From the NCBI RefSeq assembly GCF_031769215.1, contig NW_026782089.1, forward strand, positions 248,001 to 312,000: 64,000 nt of DNA, in the 5' to 3' direction. The DNA is from Ylistrum balloti. Lineage: Eukaryota. The notes beneath the pieces are model-generated. The model saw nothing but the letters and a program-made list of their open reading frames with translations. It did no database searches and was not told the DNA's origin. Shown piece after piece: positions 39,001 to 52,500 of the stretch (its first letter is position 1; each line of letters opens with the position of its first letter). Both the position numbers and the translations under genes were made by a program.

Positions 39001-39840
39001 AATATAACTATCATAGCTAATTTAATCAAAGATACCAACAGATGTGTTTTCTATGGAAGAGAAGAATTTATTCGAAAATATCAAATAAATACAAATTTTT
39101 TACAATACCAGGGTCTGGTCTCTGCAGTCAAAAAATTTATTGCATCAGATACTATCTCTAACCCCTCTATAATCTATCCTTGCATACCAATCACCTTACG
39201 TATCTTTCTTCAAGACAAAAAAGGGTCAAAAAGGTTTTATAATACTCTAATTAAATGTAACGTGTTACCATCGGGTACCAAAAAATGGAATAGTATATTT
39301 GATAATATAGATAAACAAACTTGGAATAAGTACTATTTAATGCCATTCCATGTAACAAAAAATACGAAGTTCCAGTGGTTCCAGTATAGGGTAATCCACC
39401 ATGCATTAGCAACAAATTCCCTTCTTTTTAAAATTAGATTAGTTATCTCCCCTCTTTGTGTGTTGTGTAACTCTGAGCACGAAACAATCAGTCATCTGCT
39501 GTGGGAATGTCAGGAAGTACAAAGACTATTACAGAGTCTTGATATTTTGTTAGAAGCTCTATTTATCCCTTTCTAAGTAAACAAGCAAACTTTCATTCTT
39601 GGTCTCCTACATCAAAACTTCCTTCCGAGTAACAGAGTAGACAATGAGATTATAATTATTATCAAACAGTATATTTATAAAATGAGATGCTTACACCGTT
39701 CACTAAACTTGCATGCACTAATTAATACAATCAAAGATAATTATATGATACAAAAATATATAGCTAATGGTAAGGATGATAAAGTAAAACGTAAATTTGA
39801 GAATGAATGGAAAAAATGGGAAAAATTAATACAGTTTTGA
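36038..39840 (+). pseudogene. Disrupted ORF2: APE endonuclease, reverse transcriptase and C-terminal Cys/His motif
   Basis: Endonuclease motifs IISANGQGL, CLQDTH, ICGDFN and SDH; RT motifs DFQKAFDSV, GCRQGDP and QYADDT; C-terminal CVLCNSEHETISHLLWEC. Frameshifts near 37190, 37685 and 38435, and in-frame stops at 38853 and 39576. Confidence 0.92.
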
Positions 39841-40352
39841 TCTACACACTTTGATCTATTACTCATCGCATTACTAGTTTTTCTTTTTTTCTATAATTTT
39901 TTATAATTATATACATAACAGTCCTTGACCATACCGAGTAATCAGATATAAAGGAAGAAAAACATTAAAAGATTAAATTACTCTAACCTATTTTACCATC
40001 TCACCCAACAATCCACTTTACTATTTCTTCATTTTCTTCAATTTCTTTCTCTTTAAATTTCTTATCCCTAATAAAGTTCTATTTCATTTTCTCATTTCTG
40101 TATGTTGATGTCAATTTATGGTTGTGTGTGTGTTTATGCATGTGTGCATGGGTGCATTTCAAACAAAAGTTTACTGTGATATTTATGAATCATAATGGTT
40201 ATGAAAGTATGAATCTTGATTTGATGATGATAATGAATTGTTGAATGTGGATGATGATGATGCATTATTTAGTATGTACAATAATCATGATAGTAATATT
40301 GATTGTGATATATATGTTGAAATGGATGGTGAGGAAGATTATCATGTTTTTG

Positions 40353-40354
<2 letters not shown>

Positions 40355-40402
<48 letters not shown>
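40355..40402 (+). repeat. (GAT)16 microsatellite in the LINE 3' UTR
   Basis: Read directly. Confidence 0.95.
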
Positions 40403-40403
<1 letters not shown>

Positions 40404-41739
40404 CATTATTTAGTGTGTAACATAATAATATTGATTGTGATATATGAGGATTATCATGTATGGTGATAATAATAATAATAGTAGTAGTAATGATCACATG
40501 CATTGTTGAATGTTGATGATGATGTTGGTGATTCTTTTGAATGGAGTGTATTTGTTTGACACGCAATGACTATATGTGCACCTGTGGTTGGATGTGTGAG
40601 AGGGTGTGAGTGTATTTGTCCTGTTCAACGTGTAAAATCTTGAAAAATAAAAAAAAATATATAAAAAAAAAATTTAAGTTCGATGATTGAAAGAATTAGG
40701 TCATGCAGGGAAAAAAATCTTAATATACCATGGGAAAGTTTCTTGTTGTTAATTGTTATACACTTCAGTAAAATTGTCAATTTACATGAACCAGATCCAA
40801 TGAAGTTGTTGTTTTACAGGATTTACAGTACCTGAAAGAGCTGGGTTAATAAGAAGACAGGTATCCGATCAATATTATACTTAAAAAATGGATCAATGAG
40901 CTTTAAATCTTATATGTAAATGATGTTTGTCTAAAACAGATCTTCGACATATATCAAAGTTGGTTATCGAACATACGATTATGGGTATTTGAATTGATTC
41001 GTATGTCAAAGTTTTGCTGTACGGGCACTTTTCGCACAAAATATCATGAATTTGTAATATCAAAGTTAAACTTGCATCTCATGGATTCGTTTTCTATGTA
41101 TCATTTCATAGATTCGATGAGCATCTAGATTGTTCTTTTTGTTAAACATGTAGTTATAACACCTATCACGTTCAGTATATGCCGCTTTTACACAAAATGT
41201 AGTGGTAGATACAATACAGACAAATAATAAATAAAAAGACACCATACAACTGCTTCGTTCTTCTAGGACTCGACAGTGATATTGATGGGCCTTACTTCTG
41301 AAACTTAGGAGGCAACTAAGGAAATTCCAAAGAGATCAAAGGAAATTTCAAATCAAGATGGAAGATGTACTAGCCCCATAATTAAGTAAACTTAGCAATT
41401 CATATATAAATGTAATGTCAGTACAACGTCAAGGACATGTGTTACCGTGCCACTATTCCAATGAATCAAACAATGACATGCAGGATTGGGCAAACCTCGT
41501 TGGTTAGAAATCAACCAGTGATGCTCACCACATGCAATCTTGATTATTGTATAAAGACACACAAACGAATAACGTCTTCGATACAAATATATAATTAGAC
41601 ACATTACGGTCAAACTATGAAGGTAACGCCACTAAAGCTATACTGAAAACAAACCTGGACCTAATGTAAAGGTTTCGAAGATTTGATATTTTTTGTTTTG
41701 TTTGTTTTTTTTATGTTGGTTTTAAAGATTTAATGTTTT

Positions 41740-42790
41740 GTTTTTGTAATAGTGGTTAAGAAAATAAGATGTTTTGTTGTTGTTAGATTGGTTATGAAGA
41801 TAAGATGTTTTGTTGTTGTTAGATTGGTTAAGAAGATAAGATGTTTTGTTGTTGTTAGATTGGTTAAGAAGATAAGATGTTTTGTTGTTGTTAGATTGGT
41901 TAAGAAGATAAGATGTTTTGTTGTTGTTAGATTGGTTAAGAAGATAAGATGTTTTGTTGTTGTTAGATTGGTTAAGAAGATAAGATGTTTTGTTGTTGTT
42001 AGATTGGTTAAGAAGATAAGATGTTTTGTTGTTGTTAGATTGGTTAAGAAGATAAGATGTTTTGTTGTTGTTAGATTGGTTAAGAAGATAAGATGTTTTG
42101 TTTTTGTTAGATTGGTTAAGAAGATAAGATGTTTTGTTGTTGTTAGAGTGGTTTAGAAGATTAGATGTTTTGTTGTTGTTAGATTGGTTAAGAAGATAAG
42201 ATGTTTTGTTTTTGTTAGAGTGGTTTAGAAGATAAGATGTTTTGTTGTTGTTAGATTGGTTATGAAGATAAGATGTTTTGTTGTTGTTAGATTGGTTTAG
42301 AAGATTAGATGTTTTGTTGTTGTTAGAGTGGTTAAGAAGATAAGATGTTTTGTTGTTGTTAGATTGGTTATGAAGATAAGATGTTTTGTTGTTGTTAGAT
42401 TGGTTTAGAAGATTAGATGTTTTGTTGTTGTTAGATTGGTTATGAAGATAAGATGTTTTGTTGTTGTTAGATTGGTTAAGAAGATAAGATGTTTTGTTGT
42501 TGTTAGAGTGGTTTAGAAGATTAGATGTTTTGTTTTTGTTAGAGTGGTTAAGAAGATAAGATGTTTTGTTGTTGTTAGATTGGTTAAGAAGATAAGATGT
42601 TTTGTTGTTGTTAGATTGGTTAAGAAGATAAGATGTTTTGTTGTTGTTAGATTGGTTATGAAGATTAGATGTTTTGTTGTTGTTAGATTGGTTTAGAAGA
42701 TTAGATGTTTTGTTTTTGTTAGAGTGGTTTAGAAGACTTAATGTATTGTTTTTGTTAGAGTGGTTTAGAAGACTCAATGTTTTGTTTTAG
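41740..42790 (+). repeat. 36-bp tandem repeat (GATTGGTTAAGAAGATAAGATGTTTTGTTGTTGTTA), ~29 copies
   Basis: Read directly. The minus strand translates as (SYLLNQSNNNKT)n. Confidence 0.95.
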
Positions 42791-43489
42791 TTAGAATGGT
42801 TATCATCAGCAGATGTTAAAGCTTAACTGGAAACAGACCTAGACTGGGGCTTTTTTAAAATGAAAGGTTCATACGACCATTTTGTACATCCTATATAAAA
42901 TGAGAACTCGTGAAAATCCTGCGTGTTTTGCGCCCTTTTTGATTTTCCGTTGATTGTATGTTCAGTCTTTCCAAAGAAAAAATACATACTGATCTTTTAC
43001 AATTCCTATTAATTATAAGGAATCCTTAATTTCACATGAATCCATATAATCATAGTTTTATTGATGACTTGTCTAGTTATTCAACTCAACATATGTCAAA
43101 TCTACAAACCACCATTCTTAGCAGTATCGAATCTGTGTAACAGTCTCATTCTGATACTGTTTTCTTAAGAGGTGGAATTAAGAACTCAAAAGAACCAATC
43201 TTCAACATCCACTTCTAAAACATATCTTCTATAAGAACATTTAATTTTTCCAATTTGTACACCACCATACTTCATTCTAAGCGGAAAGAATGCCTTCTCT
43301 CTTGTTATGAGAGCTTTCTTTTCCAAGAAAGATGAACTGCCTTACAAACATATATAGTTGTAAACTATACTGAAGTGTATTTCTTGAAAAATACGTCCAT
43401 GCCAATAAAGAATTATACGGAGAATGCAGTTTTAGAATTATCGAATTTCTTGTTGATAACATTTTCGTCGAGTTTAGTAGTAACTTCTT

Positions 43490-44010
43490 CAAACAGACTG
43501 CCTATGGAAATTAACTTCCGTTGACTTACTTGTATTTGTTTTCATACGGTGCTGGATTTATCGAAAAGTTTATCATGAAGGATAAAAAGACCTTGCAAAG
43601 TCGTTTAATTTCACTTTCAGATATACTGATGACGTTATGTCATTAAAAAACAAGAAATTTATTTACCATGTCCATCTTATAAAACCACCAGAATTGGAAA
43701 TCAGCGATGAGATAGAACCTTTTGTATATCAGTTTGTTTTGATCTTTTCGTACAACGAAAAAAACATCGACAGCTTTCCATCAAGCTGTATGATAAACGT
43801 AAGAAATTCAATTTCATTATTGTGAATTTTCCATTTCTGGATAAAAATATTACTGCATCCCTAATCTACGTTGTTTACATATAACAGTTGAATCGATATT
43901 CAAGTGCCTTTTCATATTATACTAACTTCCTTGCAATTTTTCAACTGACGGACAAACTCGTTTCACAGGGTTTCAAACGTCATAGTAACCCCATTGAGAT
44001 ATGAAGCTGG
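43490..44010 (+). pseudogene. Highly degenerate reverse transcriptase fragment, Penelope-like (inferred)
   Basis: Frame-broken segments LPMEIN, FRYTDDVMSLKN, PELEISD and LYDKRKKFNFIIVNFPFL...Y*QLNRY resemble recalled invertebrate PLE RT motifs (GIPMGTN, FRYIDDVLS, YDKRDDFNF.IVNFPFL, YISQLIRY). Confidence 0.6.
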
Positions 44011-46672
44011 ATATGTTTGATGTACGTTAGTTTGCATGTTGATTCCTTTGTTGTATACCTTGTTATCATTTGAGAATGTGACATTGCTTACTTGGATTGG
44101 CCAATGTTTACATGACGGGTATCTTCGATGGAGCAAAAAGCGCTTGCTCTCTCGTTACTCATGGTCTTATTTCCCTTGTACTGTGTCAGGAATCACTATG
44201 TAAATATTTCCTTCGTTCGTGATTTGCTGTCTTTTTATTGAATTTGAATATGGATTATCATTGTTGACATGCTGGTATTTTCTTGGTTTTGTTACTAATA
44301 TCTGAAGTTTATAGCTTTTCTCTAGAATCGATGACCGTGCACGTCACACTCATAGCTTCTGCTAAATGTGTTAAAAGAATTTCGAATATACTGACATTAT
44401 CAAGAAAATGTTCCCAAATATAGCTGATCTCTTTTGAAGCCGATTAGGTTCAAGGTTTCATCTTGTACACAATTATATAATTACATAAATGTTAATTAGC
44501 TATTGTTCATTAACTTTATAGTATCCATAAAAGATGTGCTTTTTTGTTACAGATGATGTGAATATTTTGTTACAGATGATGTGAAATCAACAGTCGCACT
44601 CAAGCGATTTTTGCGATTCTTGCTTTATACAAGTAGTTGCATGTTTAGCTGCGTTCATATGCTGTTGATATCGGATACGGACGGTATACCTCTTGAATTA
44701 GGAAAATAAACGAAAAACACCTGCATATCAATGGACTGAAGCGACATTTCGTTAGAATATAGTGTACTGTAACAGTGCAAATGAACGATATATTTCACAA
44801 AAATGGAATGATATCATCCATATAATTTCTACTGTAGTATTTTACATAAATACATTTGGATTTAGTTAAAAACTAAACAATCAAAACAAAAGGCACTGAA
44901 TGCATATTCCTAAAGAAAAATGAACAGAAAAAAGATTATGGAAATATAAAATAAAATCGAGCATATATACACTGGAGCCTTGATCAAAATGTCTTGACAA
45001 TTTAACAGCTTGTTTAGGAATACTCATTAAGGAATTAAATGTAGTTATGGATGTATTGCAATGGATTTATTATTCGACATGTATGAATACATCTGTTTCA
45101 GTCCATATGTCGGTACAAATTACCTACACCTGTAGGCTGCAACAGGCGGACAGCGAGTACAGCGTAATAACTGATCTAGCCTAGCAGGCATTGGTCAACA
45201 GTCAATTAATTTCCGTTATCATTAGTGTCCAGTGTAGCCTCGCAGGCAATGGTCACATTACGTCCACCGATGTTGATTCTGATCAATGGTAGAGCCCTTT
45301 TCAATACAACTAGAAATATGGTATCTATAACGTAGTGATCACACTAATTAAATTCCTTTTAATCCTTTTTTTTCTATTGTTTTTGCCAAGCATGCTTTTT
45401 TATGTAAATCATTTGTAGTTTTGACATTATAAATCACCTTTCGCCTATAGTCTGTACTCTATGCTTCAATATTTTTGCTATACATATATCTCAGATTTGG
45501 AATGAGTTTTTGATAGCTTCAGAATTAGCAACGAAAATGCCGATTTGTCAACACAGTCTTTATTTAACCTTGAAATAGATGAAAAGATCGTCAAATAATA
45601 TTAAAATATCAACACTAACCACTTCTCCTGAAATGTTGCTATCATTGATCATGTTCCGCACTTTCTTCGTTTTTTCAGCCTTTTCTCTTTTTGAAGAAAT
45701 TGGAATAAAAGTAAAGACATCAAGGATTACTTTTCTGTATTATGAGACAAATCATAGTACTGTGTAATAGTATATAATACATATAATTCCAATATACAGT
45801 TCCATACCTTACACAAATTCCAATAATGTATTTTATATAAGAGTTATGAAGGTATGTTTGACATTCTACAACAAGTTCCAATGGAATATCGAAGAATTTC
45901 TTGTTTTTACATACTTAACTTAGTAGTGTTGTACTAATGTAATTCATTTCTGGGACCAAATTATTTAAGTGTATGTCTGATATTCCAGCTGGAGGAAATG
46001 TCTTTCTGGATGAAATTGATAAATATATAGCACAGAGACACCTTATCTTTTAATCATAAACATTTCTACAGGTGGGTTTTAAGTCCCCGATATTCGCCAT
46101 AAGCGTCATATCGATTAGCAGCATGCTTCAGAATATACACCTAAATTTATACTTAAAAAATACGAAGTTTATTCAATTATTGGTCATACCTCCCCGTATG
46201 ATTGTTGACAATTGAGTTTTACATTCAGATCATTGTATTTCTTCAGCCGCCACCTAGGTTCCAAAATAAAGGTCCTTAGCATCCCGGACGAGTCCTTTCA
46301 AAAGAGTTGCATGAACTATTTTTACTTCATAATTTAGCTCTAGTGTATTTAATTCTAAATATGTACTGAGTATGGTTTTTCACTTATGTGTCTTTTGTAC
46401 AATTGGCTTGATGAAAGTTGAACAGTACAGCAACGTATCAATGTTTTGCTTTCAAATTGTTTTCTTGAATCCTTCCTTTCAAAAATCCTTCCATGAAAAA
46501 GTTAATTTCTGACATTTTGCGACCTAATCAGCAATGTACATGTTTGAACAACATATTTCCAGGCCAGACATTGAATTGAACACGTGCTTAATTAGATATT
46601 GTAGATTATACAATGATTAGATTATCCTGATTTAATTAGTCGGAAGGACATCTGTTGGAATCGATATAGGTG

Positions 46673-46745
46673 TATAAAAGTAGATTTTAACAAACAGTGA
46701 ACCTATTTTGTAGTAAAACTAGCGTAAACCAAAGTGAAATTTCAG
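46673..46745 (+). promoter_or_regulatory. TATA box and non-coding first exon of the 8-domain Kazal gene
   Basis: TATAAAAG at 46673-46680, donor TTCAG|GTAATT at 46745/46746 and acceptor CAG|G at 46863/46864, 10 nt before the ATG. Confidence 0.6.
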
Positions 46746-46873
46746 GTAATTACGTAAGTGTGCAAACACTAGTATTAAGCAATTTCATGGAAAAACGTAA
46801 TCTACAGAATGCAGTCCTGCAGAAAAATTAATACTTAAAGTATAACCCTTTAATCTTAAACAGGTATACGAAA

Positions 46874-49469
46874 ATGAAGAGTACAGTGATTGGATTGTTG
46901 TTTGTTGGTGTGCTGATGAATCCGATGTTAGCAGAAGCTAGGGTAAGAAATTAAAATGTTGAGAGAGATACATAACTGAAAAAAACCTTCTTTTATTTAT
47001 TTATTTGTGAAACATTAAAATCATTGATTAATTTGGTACCGTTCAGTACATATCACTATCATTTTCCAGACATTAAACCGCTTTTGCCTTGTAGCTTTGT
47101 GGGTGCCAGAAGATCTACGACCCAGTTTGTGGGATGGATGGTAATTCTTACGACAATGAGTGCACAATGAAATGCGAGTACGTATAATGTAATATAAAAG
47201 AATTGATTGCTTGACTTATAGTAACATTTGTTATCTATTGCTGCGCATCATTTGAAAGAACGGATATGTTCAAAAATGTATATCTAATTTCAGTGTTTTT
47301 CAAATGATTTTCAAATTCATATAAATTAATTATTTTATTGATTCACAACAGTCAAAAACGTTTTGTTGTGAATTCACAATATTAGCGTGTTCACGACATA
47401 ATTATGAATCATAAATTATCTATTTTATAAAAATAAAATATTGTCTCCTCCTAATGACAAACTGTCAATCGTGACATAGTTTAGATGATCGTTAGAATAA
47501 ACTTTCGATAAATACACTACATTTTTGTTTAGCTGAACAACGGATGAAATTTGATTCGTTTATTATTTTAGTTATTATGTTTAATTTACTCCGCTTAATT
47601 TAAGATATAATTCACTTGTAATACAATATTATACAACGACATGATTTTAGATCTCGTCACCCTTAAACATACTTTTTTGATATAGAACATCCTCAATTCA
47701 AAAGGCCGATGAAACACCTGCTAATATAGTCATTGCTCGCCATATCAAAGTTTAGATTTTGAATTGTTGACAATACATATGTTGTTTTCGTTATTCCAGA
47801 GGTGTCTCCTTGGATTATCACGGAGAATGTAAGGTATGTCGTATAAAAACATAAGGTATTTAAGAACATTAGTGTGATTTATGGACTTCGATAATTCAAT
47901 TTATACATTAACAACACATTGTCATGTGACTTATTTCATATAACCTCCTTTTATAAACGGAACCGTTTGCTTTTACCTAAACACATCAAAAAGATGTTAT
48001 ATATATTTTAGCTCTGTGGGTGCCATCTGATTTATGACCCTGTTTGTGGAACAGATGGAATTACCTACGATAACGAATGTGCCATGAAATGCGAGTAAGT
48101 AAAGATGAATCAACTTGTTGATTTAATAGCATAGATTGTAAGCGTAAGTACGCAGTTCAACTGCAATATATGTCCAGTCACTCATTAAACTCTTAATACA
48201 CGGTAAACAACAACGCACTGTCGTTATCCGTTTGTCAGTTAACGCCTTTGTGGAAATGTGTGAAATTCTGTCCCGGAACCAAAATACCTGTATAGCTTTA
48301 CCTGTATATCCTTTATTTTTAATTTTTAAGCAAATTACCCCCTCTCAAGGGAAAAAATTATATCCTGAAGTCATGAATTTCACAATTACAGCAAGCCATA
48401 TTAAGACCCCGAAGAGTCTCAGATGACATGATATCAAACTTAAATTTGGATTTCGTTAACTTGTCGCAGTTTTCTTCTCGTTGCATTATACGATTTCTGG
48501 ATAGTTTGAGGATTTTTTTTGTGTGCCGTTTGAAAGACCATCAATGTATCAATGTATGAGCAACATCATTCATGTACATGTGTTAAAGTTAAAGCGAAAT
48601 GAGTATGAAATTACCATTTACTCTGTGTTCACACTATTTCAGAGGTGTTGATTTGGATTACAGCGGTCTTTGTAACGAGGTAATGGCATACTGGTTGCTT
48701 TTAAGCTATAAATATCCTTGGTCAAACATAAAGGACTTCTGAACATTCCAACAGCATAAATAAATAATTGTAAAGAGAGTCCTATTCGAGTATTTTCCTA
48801 TTATTTTCAAAATTGAATCAAAATTGCTAAAATATAGATTACAATAAGACTTGAAGATAATTAGAATCAAATCAAAAAGAGAAATATCGATGAAATTGAA
48901 TATAGATGAAAAAACTGTTATGGAAATAAAAACTGAAAATGATAATGAGAATTAGGAACGAATTTTAAAAAAGTAAAAAAGTAGAGAAAGCTACGCTCCA
49001 TTTCACGACTTGCGTGATAAATACATGGTGTTTACTTAAAGGTTGTGATAAAATCACAAAAAATTGAACCATCGGAAATTGAGACTTTACAGGTTCTTCG
49101 CCATGAAATTGATAAACTATATCTAATATTCATTATATGAGATTGTGTTATATATAACTTTGAATGCCCTTCTTTCTACATAAAATATATGTTTAGGTTT
49201 GTGCATGCCCAATGATTTTGGACCCTGTCTGCGGAATGGATATGAATACTTATCCTAACGAGTGCGAAATGAACTGCAAGTAAGCACCCACTATTTAGTT
49301 AGTCGTATATCACATACTAATTGATCAATTAACAATTCATACTGTTGAAATGATTACCGTGTAATTGATAAAATATATGGTTGCATTTGGTATTTCAATG
49401 TGTGACAACACAATAAAGTGTAATACGATATCATAACATAAATAATTTAATGGCAAAGGGAAACACTTC

Positions 49470-49519
<50 letters not shown>

Positions 49520-52500
49520 AGTTAAAGTTAAACACTATTTCATCTTTTCTTTCAGAGGAGTGTCCTTTGCCTATCACGGCGAATGTAAAAAGGTATTGTA
49601 GTTTTTTGAGTCTCCATATAAAATATAATAAAGAATTACATAAAATTGTTCATAACTTATTTTCAAAAACTACTTTTTTTTTTTTACATGTTTTACATGT
49701 TTTATAATCAATCATATATTCACTGTATATTACAGTTATGTGGATGTCAAATGATTTATGATCCCGTTTGCGGAAAAGATGGAAATACCTATGATAACGA
49801 GTGTTCAATGAAGTGCGAGTAAGAAAATTATTTACATACATATTTTAATTACTAAACTGGAATCAATATGATTTGATTACTTCAATGTTTCCCATGCGTA
49901 TGTAGAATTGATAAAATAAAAAAATGACCAAAATATGATTACGAAGTGACTTTTAAAAGTAGAGAAATGTATTCCTATGCTATATTTAAACCGATCGTAT
50001 TTATTAATTATTTTTATACTTACATTGGTATTTTTGGTTATAATGACACGATAATAATGACTGAGAGTTGATACAAAACGTATACAATATATATCAGTCT
50101 GACATTTGGAAAACTGAGAATGCTTCGGTCGAAATCGTGGTACTTTCGTCGTAATTAGATTAAAGTTGAAATCTTTGGAAAATGTGTAGAATTAATTTAG
50201 TTTAATCTGGTCTAATTTGAATATTGAAAGCTGCATTTTGTATAGCATATTCCGCAGTTCCAACTGGTTTTGGCGCTAAAGTATTCTTATCATAACAACG
50301 TGTAACCCATAATTTTCATGGATTTCAATATATCATATATTCTGTAAGCAAAATATTTCCTTCGTACACGATCGCAAATGATGTTAATATTGTTCAGCAA
50401 CATAAATTAATTACATTACATATGAATATTTGATTATGCGTATCATGTGATTTTGATAAATTTTCAGAGGAGTATCATTGAATTTTTACGGCACTTGTGA
50501 CAAGGTAATTATCAAAGAGTTTCTATTAAATGACGAACAGTTTAATCTAGGTAAGAAAAGCATTAGCTAATCAGACACACCCAAACTCACGAAACACTAA
50601 GTGCAAAAGTGCATGTATTTATTTATGGTTGTCCTATCTATATATCAGATTCTAGTGGTATAGTATTGAGGATGAGAACATTTCGGTCTCCATTTAGACT
50701 TGTAAATACCATTTTCATGATATGACCAAACAGGCTACTAAGTATTATGCATTACTCAAGGTCATTAATGCTTAAACTGATTAAAAAAGGAAGCATTGTA
50801 CTATGAATTAAACCACCATTTTACGTAGATCCAATTGTGTTATACAGTTTTGTGGAAGGAATACATTTCATTAATATTTTACATGTAGCTTTGTGCTTGC
50901 CCGCTGAATTGGGATCCTGTTTGTGGAATGGATGCGGAGACCTACCCTAACGAGTGTACCATGAACTGCGCGTAAGCACATTGATTATAGTCATTGCGTT
51001 GAGAAAATATCTTTGGTAGAATTTCGTCTCGCCTGTTCAACCAAGAACTACAGTGATCTCTGATCATAATCAGCTGTATTAACATTTTGGTACACTCACA
51101 CATTTAAGCCATATTTATGTGTCTTGCCGTGCTTGCAGCCGTCAGTCTTTTGTGATAGAAAAAATAATGCTCCAGACTATTTTCTATAATATTCCGAGAT
51201 TGAACGTTTATAACTGCAATACATTTTAAAAAATGAACGGTGTATCACGTGTAACAAAAAAGTTTTATACTTAAAATGTGATGGGACGCATCATTAAAAT
51301 GCGTTTTTATGATTTCAGAGGAGGCTCTTTGGACTATTATGGAGAATGTAAAAAGGTATCGTCATGTGAGGTCATTCTATTAACCTTTTCTTACGTCACA
51401 ATGTATCATATAGCTATCTTTACCGAATAGCCTTAAACTCGCATTAAATACTTTGAAAAATGGTAGTCAGTTATTTTTTTAAAAATCTTACATAAAAGTA
51501 CGGGTGAAATATTATCGTCTCCAATCATATACTTAAGATGCTATGGTATATGATTTTAGTTATGTGGGTGCCAGAAGATTTATGCCCCAGTTTGCGGAAC
51601 AGATGGAAATACATACGATAACGAGTGCACAATGAATTGCGAGTAAGTAAAGACGAATTCAAATGTTTCAAGTTATATCATAAATAACGTTTAGATCGAT
51701 GAAATATTAATTCTTGTGATATGAGCTTTTATGGCCCTTTGAAGTGTGTCTTACGAATCAAAGAGCAAACCGTGCCGCTATTTTCTAAATTAAATATTAA
51801 TATGAACTCAATATCTATAATGTATATTAAGCAATATCTATATCATATTCATGTCATGCAATTTTTAATTTCTAATTTCAGAGGAGTTTCCTTGGACTAT
51901 CGTGGAAAATGCAACAAGGTTAAGTTCTAAGTCGACGCATCTTTAAAAAGTTATCGAAATGTGCTCATAGGGATTATGATAATAAATACAATAACATGTT
52001 AAGATGTGTTAATAATGAAATAAAACAATACAAATAGCCCAGCACGTGACAGTTAGGTATGCAAACAGGTATCAGATTAATTGTGAAGGCATATATTAAT
52101 TTTCATGGATTATAGTATTATCGCTACCTGGCAATTTTGGTATTGATATTATAGACCGTTAAGGAATCGTTAATACCACACGTAGAAATATCAAATATAC
52201 GTAAAAGAATTAATGGATAAAGATAGATTTGAAATTCACTAAATATCAGATGAAGTATTTTTGTTGGACGTCGTGAAAAGAAGAGGGTAGGTGCCAGTTT
52301 GAACTATTTTGAGTCATGTTTTGTCTGCAGTAAGGTACTTTAAGATCAACTGCATTCAGTATGCTATTTAAACGTTGTCAGAATTTGTGCGGTCACAACA
52401 CTTCGGTGTTAAGAAGAGTGGTTAGGAATGGGGATATAGGTGTTATGAAGCAAGATTTTTTCTAAATAAAAATTACTCGAATATTTACATTAAGCTATAT

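Larger units (their letters stand above)
35922..40669 (+). mobile_element. 5'-truncated L1/Tx1-clade non-LTR retrotransposon with A-rich tail and 13-bp TSD
   Basis: TSD AAATTTAAGTTCG at 35909-35921 and 40670-40682, with an A-rich tail at ~40640-40669. The empty site is at 29617-29629 in unit A. Confidence 0.92.
25960..42800. repeat. Tandem segmental duplication: unit A ~25960-32340 and unit B ~32345-42800 (B carries the LINE)
   Basis: TTTTGCCTT(T/A)CCACTAACATTTGTCATAAATGTC occurs at ~25960 and ~32347. Kazal exons, promoters, hammerhead repeats and the Asn-type repeat are collinear in both units. Confidence 0.9.

Noticed and set aside
40238-40566. Poly-Asp, poly-Met and poly-Ser ORFs
   Set aside because: They are translations of the (GAT)n microsatellite in the LINE 3' UTR.
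45090-45300. GC-richer patch with a minus-strand donor-like GTGTAG|GTAATT
   Set aside because: There is no open frame or partner exon to support it.
47070-47094. Alternative upstream acceptor (TTCCAG|ACA) for Kazal domain 1
   Set aside because: It shifts the frame relative to the signal exon. The acceptor at 47094 gives the 83-nt exon seen in all other domains.
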